A DNA stretch of 64,000 nucleotides, taken from positions 19,723 to 83,722 of the forward strand of contig CAWFPD010000006.1 in assembly GCA_963817725.1 (NCBI GenBank). The letters run 5' to 3'. The translations under genes and the position numbers were made by a program. Below are positions 10,526 through 19,558 of this stretch, in pieces (the first letter of the stretch is position 1; every line of letters begins with the position of its first letter). The stretch is from an uncultured delta proteobacterium. Lineage in GTDB: Bacteria > Myxococcota_A > Polyangia > Polyangiales > Houyiibacteriaceae. The notes under the pieces were generated by a model. That model saw only the letters and a program-made list of their open reading frames with translations, made no database searches and was not told where the DNA came from.

Positions 10526-10543
10526 ATGCGTCACGTGACGCAT
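10526..10543. promoter_or_regulatory. Perfect 18-bp palindrome ATGCGTCACGTGACGCAT, candidate HigA operator
   Basis: The palindrome ends 5 nt before the higB ATG (10548). Confidence 0.5.
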
Positions 10544-10547
10544 TACC

Positions 10548-10829
10548 ATGATTAAGTCGTTTGCGAATAGGCACACGGCCGACCTATTCTTCACGGGCAA
10601 GTCTCGGCGGCTGCCGCCAGACATCGTTCGACGGGCAATACGAAGGCTCGACTATGTTCACCTCGCAAAGCGGCTCGATGATCTCAGAATCCCTGCCAGC
10701 AACCGGCTGCACGGCTTGCACGGAGACCGAAAGGGGCAGCACGCAATATTCATCGACAAGCAGTGGAGGGTCTGTTTTCGCTTCGAGGGCGGCAATGCCT
10801 ATGAAGTAGAGGTGACCGACTACCACTAG
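10548..10829 (+). CDS. higB: HigB-family toxin (plasmid maintenance system killer)
   Basis: MIKSFANRHTADLFFTGKS...NRLHGLHGDRKGQHAIFIDKQWRVCFRFEGGNAYEVEVTDYH is the classic HigB pattern, ending in DYH. Confidence 0.85.
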   Translation: MIKSFANRHTADLFFTGKSRRLPPDIVRRAIRRLDYVHLAKRLDDLRIPASNRLHGLHGDRKGQHAIFIDKQWRVCFRFEGGNAYEVEVTDYH

Positions 10830-10839
10830 CCCGGACGGA

Positions 10840-11154
10840 ATGACCATGACACTCAGAAGGAAACGGCAAAGACGCCCCACGCACCCCGGAGAGTTCCTCC
10901 GCGAGGACTTCCTGCCCGACTACAACCTTTCGGTCGCCGACCTCGCCGCGGCCATCAAGGTGTCCCGCCAGACCGTCAACGAGCTCATCAACGAAAAGCG
11001 CGCCGTGAGCGCGGCCATGGCCCTCCGTCTCTCCCGCTACTTCGGCAACAGCGCCGAGTTCTGGCTCAACGCCCAACGCGAGCTCGACCTCTGGGAAGCA
11101 GAGCGCCTCCACAAAGCCGAGCTCAAACAAATCAAGCCCCTGTCGGCCGCCTAG
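10840..11154 (+). CDS. higA: HigA-family antitoxin (HTH)
   Basis: HPGEFLREDFLPDYNLSVADLAAAIKVSRQTVNELINEKRAVSAAMALRLSRYFGNSAEFWLNAQ is the HigA signature. It starts 10 nt after higB. Confidence 0.85.
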   Translation: MTMTLRRKRQRRPTHPGEFLREDFLPDYNLSVADLAAAIKVSRQTVNELINEKRAVSAAMALRLSRYFGNSAEFWLNAQRELDLWEAERLHKAELKQIKPLSAA

Positions 11155-11225
11155 CGTTTCGCGAGCTCGCTCAAAGGCCGCAACTCCACTGACGTCGTAG
11201 CGGTGGAGAGGAAAGACTCATCCCT

Positions 11226-13655
11226 CTACGGAATCGGCCCGCTTCTCAAATCGAGCGTAGCGTCCAGATCGTTGAACGACCACGAAACGTTGATGCGGTC
11301 GCCCGAGGGGTCGACCCTGAGCATCCCAAACTCGGCATCCCGGTACCCGCCGAGAATGCCGACGATGAGGTCGGTCGTGTACGGGCTCGGCTGCCCGTTG
11401 CTCGTGCAGGTTCCCGAAATCGCATTCTCGCCGGTGTAAAGCACCAGCTCCGTGTAGAACGAGCGATAAAGCGGCGAGATGCTCGGCGCCCCGCTCCACG
11501 CGCGAAGATGCGAGCCCATCTGGAAGTCCGTGGAGGCCACGTCGGCCTCGGTAAACGTCCCGCTGCCAGAGCCAGCGCACACGGTTCCGCCGAACTCCGT
11601 GTCCTCGTCGTATTGCCAGTTCGCCTCGAGGTTGGCGAGCTCGTAGTCGTCGCCCAAGTACCAATTCAGCGCGGGAAGCGTGCCCGGCGGAAGAAGCTCG
11701 TCGCCGAACCGGATCTCTCCACCGCCAGCGGCAATTCCGTTGAGCGTCATCTTCGGGCGTGTGAATTCGATGTTCGTGATCTCCACGTTGGTGAACTGCG
11801 TGTCGTTCCCATTGAGGATGACCTCCTGGGCACTGCCGCTTCCCGACCACTTGCCGCAGCCCATGTTGCTGGTGAGCAAGCGTGGAGGAAGACCGCGGGG
11901 CGCTGCAAAGAACGGCTTGTCGTCCCGGTGCTCCGCATTGATGAAGATCAGCACGAGCTCTTCGGCGCTCTCGCTGTCGACGAGGTTACAAAACGGCATG
12001 AACGCAACGTCGGAGAGATCCAGAGGCTCTGGTTCCCAGTTGCCGTCTTGCTTGATCAGCGCAACGACCTTTCGGCCGACACGGTCCTCGGCCGCGAGCT
12101 CGGTCGCGTAGAGCGTGTGCGTGCCCGATGATTGCAGCGCGTTCGGAACGCCCTCCGCCAGCTCGAAGTTGTAGCCATTCGCAAACAGCACCGTCCGCAC
12201 GTTCGCTGCCGACAGGTCGTAGTGGACGTACTGCGCAGACAAACGCGCCACACCGCCGCCGTCCAACACGAAAGCGATGTCGTCTTCCGGGTTCGGCATG
12301 GGTGTCTCGTGAGTGACTTCGACGGCGCTAAGACGGCCGGAGGGGCTCGTAAGCTCCACGAGACCATCCTCTTGATAGATGTTATACGGCGGGTTGTCGG
12401 AAAAGCCGGGGCGGTTCCACAGGGTCGCCGCGAACTCCTGGAACGTGTCTTCAAAGCCCCCGGGCGTCACGGCGTCCACCGCATCCAACACAGGCATCGT
12501 CTCGCTCAGCTCCCAGACTCGGCGGACGATCGAGTCATCCTCGAAGCGCTTCGTGAGGAAGTACCAGTACATCCACGTTCCGTACTCGCGAGTGGAAAAC
12601 AAGCTGCTGAGCGTGAGCTGCGGACGTTTCAACAGGTCGTTCACGGTGCGGTGCTCGATGTTCAACGACGGATAGATGTAGTCTATCGCCCAAGTCGCCG
12701 TGGCTTCGTGGAGCCAGCTTAGCGCCTCGGAGCTAGGCGTATCGAACGCGTGCCCCAAGACGTGGAAGAACTCGTGGGCCGTGGTGGCCTTGACCTCGTC
12801 TTCCGTTTGCGCGACGTCCGCATTGATCACGACATACGCACCGCGAGTGTTGTCGTCGGTGATGTCGACGAAGTAAGGCTGCGCGTAGGGAGTTGCCCAG
12901 CCGTAGCACCTCCGGAGGCTCGGATCACTCGTGATGTTGGGAAGTCGGACGATGTAGATGTCGAATCGGTCGTCGCCGCCGTTGTAGCTCGCGTCGAGCC
13001 CACCGTCCGACACCGGCTCGCGCCCCATCAGGTCGATCAACCCGTCCCACACCCCGTCGTTCTCGAGCGCCTCTTTCACCCAGCCCGCCTGCGTCGCAAG
13101 CTCGGTGAGCCCGGCCGGATACCGAATCCGCACCCGATTGAGCACCGCCGACACGGAAGAAAACGCAGGCGCCTTGAGCGCGACCGAGCCTGACTTCTGC
13201 GCTTGCTGCGCCGCCTGCTGTTCTTGAAGCTCGAACCAACTCCCGTCCGCGGCGGGCGGTAGCATGAAGGGCTCGAGCTCCGTCTGAACGTTCGCTGGCA
13301 ACGTGCTCCACTGTTCCCCGAGCTCTTCGACCACCTGGGTGCCTTCGAAGATCCCGCTCGCGCGATACGCCGCGGGCAACCGCTCATCGCCGAACACGGC
13401 AAACACTTTGTATCGCAGCGCATCGATGTCGGTGAGGTCGCCGGCCTCGAGCGCAGCGTCAATCGCATCGAGCGCACTTGGATCACCGAGTCCGTCGCCG
13501 CCTCCCCCACCGCCGACACCACCTGCGCCCCCGCTCGCTCCCGCGCCACCGGTTCCTCCGATCCCAGGGTCTCCGGAGCTGCACGCCCAAATCAGGAGAC
13601 CGAGCACGAGTACCCCGATGCGAAGTGGCGCACGCAAGATCGGGAATAGCCTCAT
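11226..13655 (-). CDS. Secreted lipoprotein, putative zinc metallopeptidase (HExxH)
   Basis: Signal and lipobox LLIWACSS, a Gly-rich linker, and the TTAHEFFHVLGHAFD motif. Confidence 0.6.
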   Translation of the reverse strand: MRLFPILRAPLRIGVLVLGLLIWACSSGDPGIGGTGGAGASGGAGGVGGGGGGDGLGDPSALDAIDAALEAGDLTDIDALRYKVFAVFGDERLPAAYRASGIFEGTQVVEELGEQWSTLPANVQTELEPFMLPPAADGSWFELQEQQAAQQAQKSGSVALKAPAFSSVSAVLNRVRIRYPAGLTELATQAGWVKEALENDGVWDGLIDLMGREPVSDGGLDASYNGGDDRFDIYIVRLPNITSDPSLRRCYGWATPYAQPYFVDITDDNTRGAYVVINADVAQTEDEVKATTAHEFFHVLGHAFDTPSSEALSWLHEATATWAIDYIYPSLNIEHRTVNDLLKRPQLTLSSLFSTREYGTWMYWYFLTKRFEDDSIVRRVWELSETMPVLDAVDAVTPGGFEDTFQEFAATLWNRPGFSDNPPYNIYQEDGLVELTSPSGRLSAVEVTHETPMPNPEDDIAFVLDGGGVARLSAQYVHYDLSAANVRTVLFANGYNFELAEGVPNALQSSGTHTLYATELAAEDRVGRKVVALIKQDGNWEPEPLDLSDVAFMPFCNLVDSESAEELVLIFINAEHRDDKPFFAAPRGLPPRLLTSNMGCGKWSGSGSAQEVILNGNDTQFTNVEITNIEFTRPKMTLNGIAAGGGEIRFGDELLPPGTLPALNWYLGDDYELANLEANWQYDEDTEFGGTVCAGSGSGTFTEADVASTDFQMGSHLRAWSGAPSISPLYRSFYTELVLYTGENAISGTCTSNGQPSPYTTDLIVGILGGYRDAEFGMLRVDPSGDRINVSWSFNDLDATLDLRSGPIP

Positions 13656-13859
13656 CTGGACTCCTTAGCCCGCGCTGGGGGAAGCGGGCCTCAACCAGAG
13701 TCGGACGATCTGCCCCACGGAGTCAAGCGCGCCGCCATCGACGAGAAGATACACGAGTCCATGAAGGTACCTCGGGAGAGGACCGAAACTTCCGCCGCTG
13801 CCGACCCATAACCTCCGCGAGCAGACACGCGCTCCCAACGATAGCCAGAGCTACCGACC

Positions 13860-14000
13860 GCCTCGTGATCTACCGCACAGGTCGAGCTCCAAGTGGAGCC
13901 CTTCGAAGCGACAGCGCCACCCGATAGTACGACGCGGAACGCTCGTGGATCCGAGGCTCCCAATGATCCCCCCGTAGCCAACCCCATCGAACGCCGCCGA
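13860..14000 (-). pseudogene. Fragment paralogous to lipoprotein 41436..41975
   Basis: AFDGVGYGGIIGSLGSTSVPRRTIGWRCRFEGLHLELDL versus AFDRIGYGGLIGALSPPLEVPAQTIDWRCTPRELSLKLDL. Confidence 0.45.
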
Positions 14001-14017
14001 ACACCAGCCGAAAAAGC

Positions 14018-14534
14018 GGCGCTCCCCTCTACGGCACCTCGCGCGGCTCACGCCGCAACCGCCGGAGGGTGACGTGCGCTGGCGTCCCCGCCACGAGCTC
14101 GATTCCGCGGCTGTCACTGTCTTGGAACGCGCTTGCCGTGATCACCTCGCCGTCCCCGAAGAGCTCGATGCTGAAGCGATCGACGACGGCCACGAAGCCC
14201 TCGGCGTTCGGCGCATCGCGGGTGAAGCGCCCAGAAAAACCTTCGCTGATTTCACGACCCTCGGTTCGATCCACCACCAAGGTGCCGTCGCGCAGTCCCA
14301 GCTCGAGAAACCCGTCTTCGCCCACGTGTACGCGGAACATCGCGTCCCCACGCACCTCGAGGACAAACGCGTCGGCCTCGATCCCCGCGAAGGCAACGAA
14401 AGCACGCAACTCCAGCTGCCATCGGCCGATAACCAACTAGGCACCGCGCACGGTCGAGCTCCCCCGAACGAAGCTGTCCAGATATCCGGGAGCTCCAAAG
14501 ACGAAGACAACGCTGTCCAGATATGCGTAGCCCC
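14018..14534 (+). repeat. Copy B of the composite module (GH32 3' fragment, junction, 2 x 23-bp repeats)
   Basis: On the minus strand 14029-14392 encodes FAGIEADAFVLEVRGDAMFRVHVGEDGFLELGLRDGTLVVDRTEGREISEGFSGRF...RRLRREPREVP*. Junction at 14401-14437. Repeats at 14474-14496 and 14513-14534. Confidence 0.85.
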
Positions 14535-14611
14535 AACGCCAAACTAACCCTCCGCATCGTTTCGTCTCGATGAACGAAGGCCGGAACGAGGCCCCATGGC
14601 GCGGTGGGAAC

Positions 14612-14866
14612 CTACCGGCGCTGGCTCCTCAGGGTCGAGTCGATGGATTGAATTGCCCGCGAGATTTCCTGGATGGCGCGGGTGTTGTCTTGAATGGCGC
14701 GGCTGGTGTCCTGCGATTTCAGCGTGCTGGCAATGTCCTGCAGGGCGCGCGCGCTGTCCTCCGAAGGGTTGCCGCTGTACGCCATGGCGAGCGTAGGGCC
14801 GACGCCCATGCCCACCGCGGCGCCGATGATGATGCCCAGTGCAAGAGTCCTAAGGTCTCGTTTCAT
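14612..14866 (-). CDS. Small single-pass membrane protein with RAIQ-type repeats (paralog of 30567..30821)
   Basis: RBS aaggagg precedes the ATG. TM segment LALGIIIGAAVGMGVG, then SARALQDIASTLKSQDTSRAIQDNTRAIQEISRAIQSIDSTLRSQRR. It is about 80% identical to the paralog. Confidence 0.65.
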   Translation of the reverse strand: MKRDLRTLALGIIIGAAVGMGVGPTLAMAYSGNPSEDSARALQDIASTLKSQDTSRAIQDNTRAIQEISRAIQSIDSTLRSQRR

Positions 14867-15015
14867 GAGGCTCCTCCTTTAGATTGAGCTCTAGCTTGAC
14901 CGTGTCCGGCTAAAGGTCGCGCAGAGTGCGATTCGCGTGATCCGACTTACGCAAACTAGGGAGCGAAGCGCGTCTCGATTTGCCACACTGACAATGGAGG
15001 CGCGGAACACCCCCC

Positions 15016-15723
15016 ATGGAAGTAGCCAGGCACGACTCGCTCGCGGACCAGCTCCTCGAGCTTCACACCCTTCAAGAGGAACGCTTAGTCGCCGAAAAGG
15101 AGGCCCGGGCGCAGGCCGAGCTCGAAGCAAGGCAGCGCGCGCAGGCCGCGGCTGAACGGCGGCGCGAACAAGAAGAAAAAGCCCGTCGACAGGCCGAAGC
15201 GCAAGCCCTGGCCGAGGCGCAGTCCAAGCGCGAAGCCGAAGAGCGTCGGGCGCTCGAAGCCCTCGAAGCCGAGCTCCGCGGCAGGCTCGACCAGGAAGCG
15301 CAGGCCCGCGGGGCCGAGCTTCGATCCGAGCTCGAACGCGAGACTCAAGCCAGGGTCGAAGAAGGCCTCCACGAGGCCAAGAAGCGCACACGCTTCGCCA
15401 TGGCCGCGGCAGTCCTCGCCGTGCTCGCGTCGGCCGCCGTCTACGTATTGGTGCTGGGGCCCAGGATGGAGCGCCAAGCCATTGAAATCGAGCGCATGCG
15501 CCAGGAAGCCGTCGTGCTTCAACACGAGAACGAAGCCCTCGAACGAAAGGTCGAAGAGCTCGACCGCAACCTCGAGAACATGAAGCACCAGCCCGAGGAA
15601 GCCGCGCCGCCCCGTCCAACGCACAAGCAGCCAAGACAAAGGCCCGAGACAAAGCGAGAACGCCCGCGCGACCCGCTCGAAAGGCCCGCCTGCGACGAAA
15701 ACGACCCGCTCTGCGGAATCTAG
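15016..15723 (+). CDS. Coiled-coil (E/R/A/Q-rich) protein with a central TM helix
   Basis: Long charged heptad-like region, TM segment FAMAAAVLAVLASAAVYVLVLG, and a second coiled coil. The overlapping minus ORF 14891..15769 is an Arg-rich shadow. Confidence 0.55.
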   Translation: MEVARHDSLADQLLELHTLQEERLVAEKEARAQAELEARQRAQAAAERRREQEEKARRQAEAQALAEAQSKREAEERRALEALEAELRGRLDQEAQARGAELRSELERETQARVEEGLHEAKKRTRFAMAAAVLAVLASAAVYVLVLGPRMERQAIEIERMRQEAVVLQHENEALERKVEELDRNLENMKHQPEEAAPPRPTHKQPRQRPETKRERPRDPLERPACDENDPLCGI

Positions 15724-15888
15724 GCCCCGGCATTCCTAGCCGATGAGGCTTTCGGCGATTCGCACGCACATCTCAAATGCCCGCACTGCCGTCGCGCGTT
15801 GGCCGGATACCCTGAAGATCACCGGAAGAGTGGGGTGACGCACAGCAGAGGGTTTCGACTAGGTGTTACGCTATGAGACATGGCTAGC

Positions 15889-15981
15889 ATGAATGAGATT
15901 TTCGTTTGGTGGCCGCTGATCGTCGCGGTGCCAGTCGCGATTGTTCTCGGGCTCGCTGTCGCCGCCATGTTCGGAGAGTGA
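15889..15981 (+). CDS. Candidate 30-aa hydrophobic peptide MNEIFVWWPLIVAVPVAIVLGLAVAAMFGE
   Basis: Manual translation; the ORF is below the track cut-off. It lies in a locally AT-richer pocket with an in-frame stop just upstream. No clear RBS. Confidence 0.3.
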   Translation: MNEIFVWWPLIVAVPVAIVLGLAVAAMFGE

Positions 15982-16041
15982 CGCCCGTCTAGCGGACGGA
16001 CCACGAATCGCACGCCTCCCTGACGGCATCCACGACCCCAG

Positions 16042-16510
16042 TTCACGACCCTCGCTTCGGTCCACCACCAAGGTGCCGTCCGCGAGTCCCAGCTCGACAA
16101 ACTCGTCTTCGCCCACGTGCACACGGAACATCGCGTCCCGCCGCCCGTCCGAGGACAAACGCGTCGGCCTCGATCCCCGCGAAGTCAACGAAAGCACGCA
16201 ACCCCAGCTGCCATCGTCCGATAACCAGCCATGCGTCCCAGCCGATGGCGGTTCTACGAACTCGGTTCGGGCGCCCACCCAGTCCAAGCGTTCTTTGACA
16301 ACCGAACCCCAACCTCGCGTCCGACCCACCGAAAGCGACGCAGCCACGCCAGTCCAGATATCCGGCAGTCGGTAGCCGAAGCCACGTTGTCCAGATATCC
16401 GTAACCCCAGTACGTCGCCGACGGAGCTAGTCGAACGAATGCGCGCCTTCGGCGCGCGCCACGGGCGCGCGCTCACGCGCAACTTCGCGCGCAAGCGACC
16501 GAGAGCTCCC
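16042..16510 (+). repeat. Copy E of the composite module (short frameshifted GH32 fragment, junction, HigB-like stub, 2 x 23-bp repeats, GC hairpin, junction variant)
   Basis: On the minus strand 16042-16186 encodes DAMFRVHVGEDEFVELGLADGTLVVDRSEGRE. Junction at 16193-16230. Stub ATG at 16231. Repeats at 16350 and 16387. Hairpin GCGCGCC-ttc-GGCGCGC at 16441-16457. Junction variant at 16475-16510. Confidence 0.8.
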
Positions 16511-16535
16511 ATGACGAAGAATCATGACAGTTCGG

Positions 16536-16563
16536 TTGCAAGTCTATGTCGAATATGACATAG
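16536..16563 (+). promoter_or_regulatory. Candidate promoter/operator of the 16579 TA operon
   Basis: TTGCAA (16536), then the inverted repeat CTATGTC-gaatat-GACATAG (16544-16563). The same architecture occurs upstream of the paralogous operon at 26216-26241. Confidence 0.45.
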
Positions 16564-16578
16564 AGGAAACCTGGCTTC

Positions 16579-16929
16579 ATGCCGGATAAGCCGCTCGTTT
16601 GGCTCGGCGAGACGGTGCGGAGTCCTCCCTTCTCGGCCGAGGCCCGAAAGCGAGCTGGATTGCTTCTGAGGAGACTGCAAAGAGGCGAAACACTTTCCAT
16701 GCCTGAATCACGACCCATGCCCTCGATCGGCCCGCGCTGCCATGAGCTGCGCATTCCGGATCACGAACGAGGCCAAACGTGGCGGATCATCTACCGTCTC
16801 GATGCCGATGCGATTGTCGTCGTGGATGCGTTCTCGAAGAAGACTCGCGGCACGCCGACCACGGCGATCCGCCGTGCCTCGCGCCGCCTACGGCGCTACG
16901 ACGAGGGCCCCGAGGGAGGCTTCCGATGA
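16579..16929 (+). CDS. Gp49-like/RelE-ParE superfamily toxin
   Basis: PLVWLGETVRSPPFSAEARKRAGLLLRRLQRGE...CHELRIPDHERGQTWRIIYRLDADAIVVVDAFSKKT. It overlaps the antitoxin start by 4 nt. Confidence 0.8.
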   Translation: MPDKPLVWLGETVRSPPFSAEARKRAGLLLRRLQRGETLSMPESRPMPSIGPRCHELRIPDHERGQTWRIIYRLDADAIVVVDAFSKKTRGTPTTAIRRASRRLRRYDEGPEGGFR

Positions 16930-17249
16930 AGGAATCAAAACGCCGCCGGCTCGAAGCCCAGGGGTGGAGATTCGGCTCCGCAAAGGACTTTCTCGGCCTC
17001 ACCGACGAGGAAGCCGAGTACATCGAGCTTCAGCTTTCCCTGGCCGCGCTGCTCAGGAAGCGCCGAGAGAGCCTCGGCTACACCCAAACCCAAGTCGCCG
17101 ACCTCATCGGCTCCAGCCAATCCCGAGTCGCCAAAATGGAAGCCGGCGACCCAAGCGTCTCGGTCGACCTCCTCATCCGCACCCTCCTAGCCCTCGGCAT
17201 AAACCGAAAGCAAGTGGGCAGGGCGATCGGCGCAATCGCCTCGGCGTAA
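16926..17249 (+). CDS. XRE-family HTH antitoxin
   Basis: MKESKRRRLEAQGWRFGSAKDFLGLTDEE...LGYTQTQVADLIGSSQSRVAKMEAGDPSVSVDLLIRTLLALG. The ATG at 16926 was chosen by comparison with paralog 26606. Confidence 0.8.
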   Translation: MKESKRRRLEAQGWRFGSAKDFLGLTDEEAEYIELQLSLAALLRKRRESLGYTQTQVADLIGSSQSRVAKMEAGDPSVSVDLLIRTLLALGINRKQVGRAIGAIASA

Positions 17250-17398
17250 CCAAGACAGAGCCGACAGGATCTCCGCGAGCGCGTCATCCGCGCTGGAACG
17301 CGCGCCTTCGGCGCGCGCCACGGGCGCGCGCACACGCGCAGCTTCCCACGGCAACGGCCGATAACCGTTCCGATGCAGCGGTCCGGTCCGAACCCGAT

Positions 17399-17417
17399 GG
17401 TAAGCCATTGACTTACC
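17399..17417. promoter_or_regulatory. Inverted repeat GGTAAG-ccattga-CTTACC upstream of brnT
   Basis: Lies 24 nt before the ATG at 17441 and contains TTGACT. Confidence 0.3.
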
Positions 17418-17440
17418 CCTCTTGAAAGGCGACACTTCGA

Positions 17441-17737
17441 ATGTCCATCCGGTTCGAGTGGGACCCGGCAAAGAACGATGCGAACCAACGAAAGCACGGC
17501 CTACGGTTCGAAGACGCGAAGCCCATCTTCATCTTGGAGGCCGACCGCTTGGACGAGCTCGATGAGACCTATCCCGGAGACGAAGCTCGTTTCATCTCCG
17601 TTGGCGCGATCCCCGAGGGGCTCATCACCGTCGTGTGGACCGCTCCGGCGGCTGGTGTGGTGCGCGTCATTAGCGTACGCCGCGCCAACAAGAGGGAGCG
17701 ACGACTCTATCTCGCCTACAACGACATCCACCAATGA
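17441..17737 (+). CDS. brnT: BrnT-family (DUF497) ribonuclease toxin
   Basis: FEWDPAKNDANQRKHGLRFEDAKPIF...ARFISVGAIPEGLITVVWT...VRVISVRRANKRERRLY. Confidence 0.85.
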   Translation: MSIRFEWDPAKNDANQRKHGLRFEDAKPIFILEADRLDELDETYPGDEARFISVGAIPEGLITVVWTAPAAGVVRVISVRRANKRERRLYLAYNDIHQ

Positions 17738-18060
17738 ATGACGATGATCTAGAAATCCCCGAGCTCACCGAGCGCGACTTCAAGCACATGATCCGTGCGA
17801 CCACACGCCGTCGCATCATGGAAGGCCGAATCGAGTCCGGCAAAGACATCGTCGCGCTCCGAAGGTTCACCAAGCTCAGCCAAAGAGAGTTCGCCCGCGC
17901 CCTCGAGATCAGCGTGCACACCCTGCGCAACTGGGAACAGGGCCGCCGGCAACCGGAAGGCCCCGCCATCGCGCTCCTCAAGATCGCTGCGCGTCACCCT
18001 AATATCATTCGACGCGCGGCGGCTCGTGCGCCGTCTCCGGCCAAGGCAACAGGCCGGTAG
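17734..18060 (+). CDS. HTH (XRE/MqsA-like) antitoxin partnered with BrnT
   Basis: LRRFTKLSQREFARALEISVHTLRNWEQGRRQPEGPAIALLKIAARHP, with a 4-nt overlap with brnT. Confidence 0.75.
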   Translation: MNDDDLEIPELTERDFKHMIRATTRRRIMEGRIESGKDIVALRRFTKLSQREFARALEISVHTLRNWEQGRRQPEGPAIALLKIAARHPNIIRRAAARAPSPAKATGR

Positions 18061-18094
18061 CACGACAAAACCACCGGCCGCGACGCGCCCCCCT

Positions 18095-19528
18095 CTACGG
18101 CACAACGCGCGGCTCACGCCGCAATCGCCGGAGGGTGACGTGTGCTGGCGTTCCTGCCACGAGCTCGATTCCGCGGCTGTCGCTGCCTTGGAACGCGCTT
18201 GCCGTGATCACCTCGCCGTCCCCGAAGAGCTCGATGCTGAAGCGATCGACGACGGCCACGAAGCCTTCGGCGTTCGGCGCATCGCGGGTGAAGCGCCCAG
18301 AAAAACCTTCGCTGATTTCACGACCCTCGGTTCGGTCCACCACCAAGGTGCCGTCGCGCAGTCCGAGCTCGAGAAACTCGTCTTCGCCCACGTGTACGCG
18401 GAACATCGCGTCCCCACGCACGCGCAGGACAAACGCGTCGGCCTCGATCCCCGCGAAGTCGTCGCCCGCAGGGCTGTCCTTGTCGACCAAAGGACAAGGG
18501 TCTTCGAGTCCGAAGAGATCCGGGGTTTGCACGAGTCGATCGGCCCGCAGGGCCAGGCGTCGCGGCACGCTCAGCTGGCCGACAAAGGGCTCGGTGGGTT
18601 GAAAAAAGGCATAGGCCCACGACGAGAGCCAGGCCATCCAGCGTGGTTCGTCCTGGTTGGCGATGACCTGTGCCGCATAGAAGTCGGGGCCGCCGTCGAT
18701 GGAGGTGAGCTCGCCGGTGGGCGTGAACGTCGAGCCATCGAAATCGCCGAGCAGGTAGCGGCCTTCACCCTGCTGAAGAAGGCCGGGCAACACGTCCGTC
18801 TTGAACACCCAGCGCCCGTCGATTTCAAAGAGCTCGGGGACTTCCCACGCGCCGTCCGGCATGTCGTCAAAGGGGCCGATCTCGCTCGCCTTGGTCCAGT
18901 GGATGAGGTCGGGCGCAGTGTAGATGTGCGCGCGGTCGCCGGCGTCGACGACCATCACGAACGCATCGGTGGGCTCATGAAAGAACACCTTGGGGTCGCG
19001 GAAGTCAGGCGTGCCCCCGGGGTTGGCCACGATCGGGTTGCCCGCGAAGAGGTCAAACGTTCGCCCACCATCTTCGCTGAATGCGAGCGACTGTTTTTGC
19101 ATCGAGTCGGCCCCACCCGCGTGCGTGAACGCGAGCACCAAACAAGGGGCTTGGCAGACCCCACCGCGCCCGTCCGTGTCGAGGTAGGCCGAGCCGGAAA
19201 AGGGCTCTCCAAGCGTGTCATCGGGGAAAAGCGCCAGGCCGAGATCCTCGTAGCGGGTGAAGTCGTCGGTGCGCGCGTGGCCCCAGTGGATGTTGCCCCA
19301 CAGCGGCCCGCTCGGGTTGTGCTGAAAGAAGAGATGAAGCCCGTCGTCGAGCTCGATCAACCCGTTCGGATCGTTCATCCAGTTCTCGAGCGGCGTGAAG
19401 TGCGCCTTGGGGTACGGGTCCTGCGCGTCGTTCACGTAGGGCGTCGGTACGCACGCGGCCGGCTGCTCCCCGGAGTCGCAAGCTAAGCCGAGCGTCAGCA
19501 CGACCAAGCAGGCCAGCTGCTTGAGCAT
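18095..19528 (-). CDS. Glycoside hydrolase family 32 (beta-fructofuranosidase/levanase-like) lipoprotein
   Basis: Start MLKQLACLVVLTLGLAC at 19528. Motifs NWMNDPNG, FRDPKVFF and WEVPELF. The C-terminal beta-sandwich is the segment duplicated at 9614, 14029 and 16042. Confidence 0.85.
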   Translation of the reverse strand: MLKQLACLVVLTLGLACDSGEQPAACVPTPYVNDAQDPYPKAHFTPLENWMNDPNGLIELDDGLHLFFQHNPSGPLWGNIHWGHARTDDFTRYEDLGLALFPDDTLGEPFSGSAYLDTDGRGGVCQAPCLVLAFTHAGGADSMQKQSLAFSEDGGRTFDLFAGNPIVANPGGTPDFRDPKVFFHEPTDAFVMVVDAGDRAHIYTAPDLIHWTKASEIGPFDDMPDGAWEVPELFEIDGRWVFKTDVLPGLLQQGEGRYLLGDFDGSTFTPTGELTSIDGGPDFYAAQVIANQDEPRWMAWLSSWAYAFFQPTEPFVGQLSVPRRLALRADRLVQTPDLFGLEDPCPLVDKDSPAGDDFAGIEADAFVLRVRGDAMFRVHVGEDEFLELGLRDGTLVVDRTEGREISEGFSGRFTRDAPNAEGFVAVVDRFSIELFGDGEVITASAFQGSDSRGIELVAGTPAHVTLRRLRREPRVVP

Positions 19529-19558
19529 GGTGGCAAGCGTGGCGGGACTTACGGCTTT

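Noticed and set aside
9218-10624. ORFs 9218..10090 (+) and the N-terminal part of 9614..10624 (-)
   Set aside because: They run through repeat and pseudogene mosaic. Only the 9614-9970 minus segment is protein-like (the GH32 fragment).
14891-15769. 292-aa minus-strand ORF
   Set aside because: It is an Arg/Ala/Pro-rich low-complexity shadow of the plus-strand coiled-coil gene 15016..15723, as is typical of antisense frames in GC-rich DNA.
17795-19486. 563-aa plus-strand ORF
   Set aside because: It is antisense to the clearly motif-bearing GH32 gene and has no recognisable motifs.
9614-19528. Diversity-generating retroelement (template/variable repeats) to explain the GH32 C-terminal copies
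   Set aside because: There is no reverse transcriptase. The differences between copies are not adenine-specific. The copies are 5'-truncated fragments ending at a shared deletion point.
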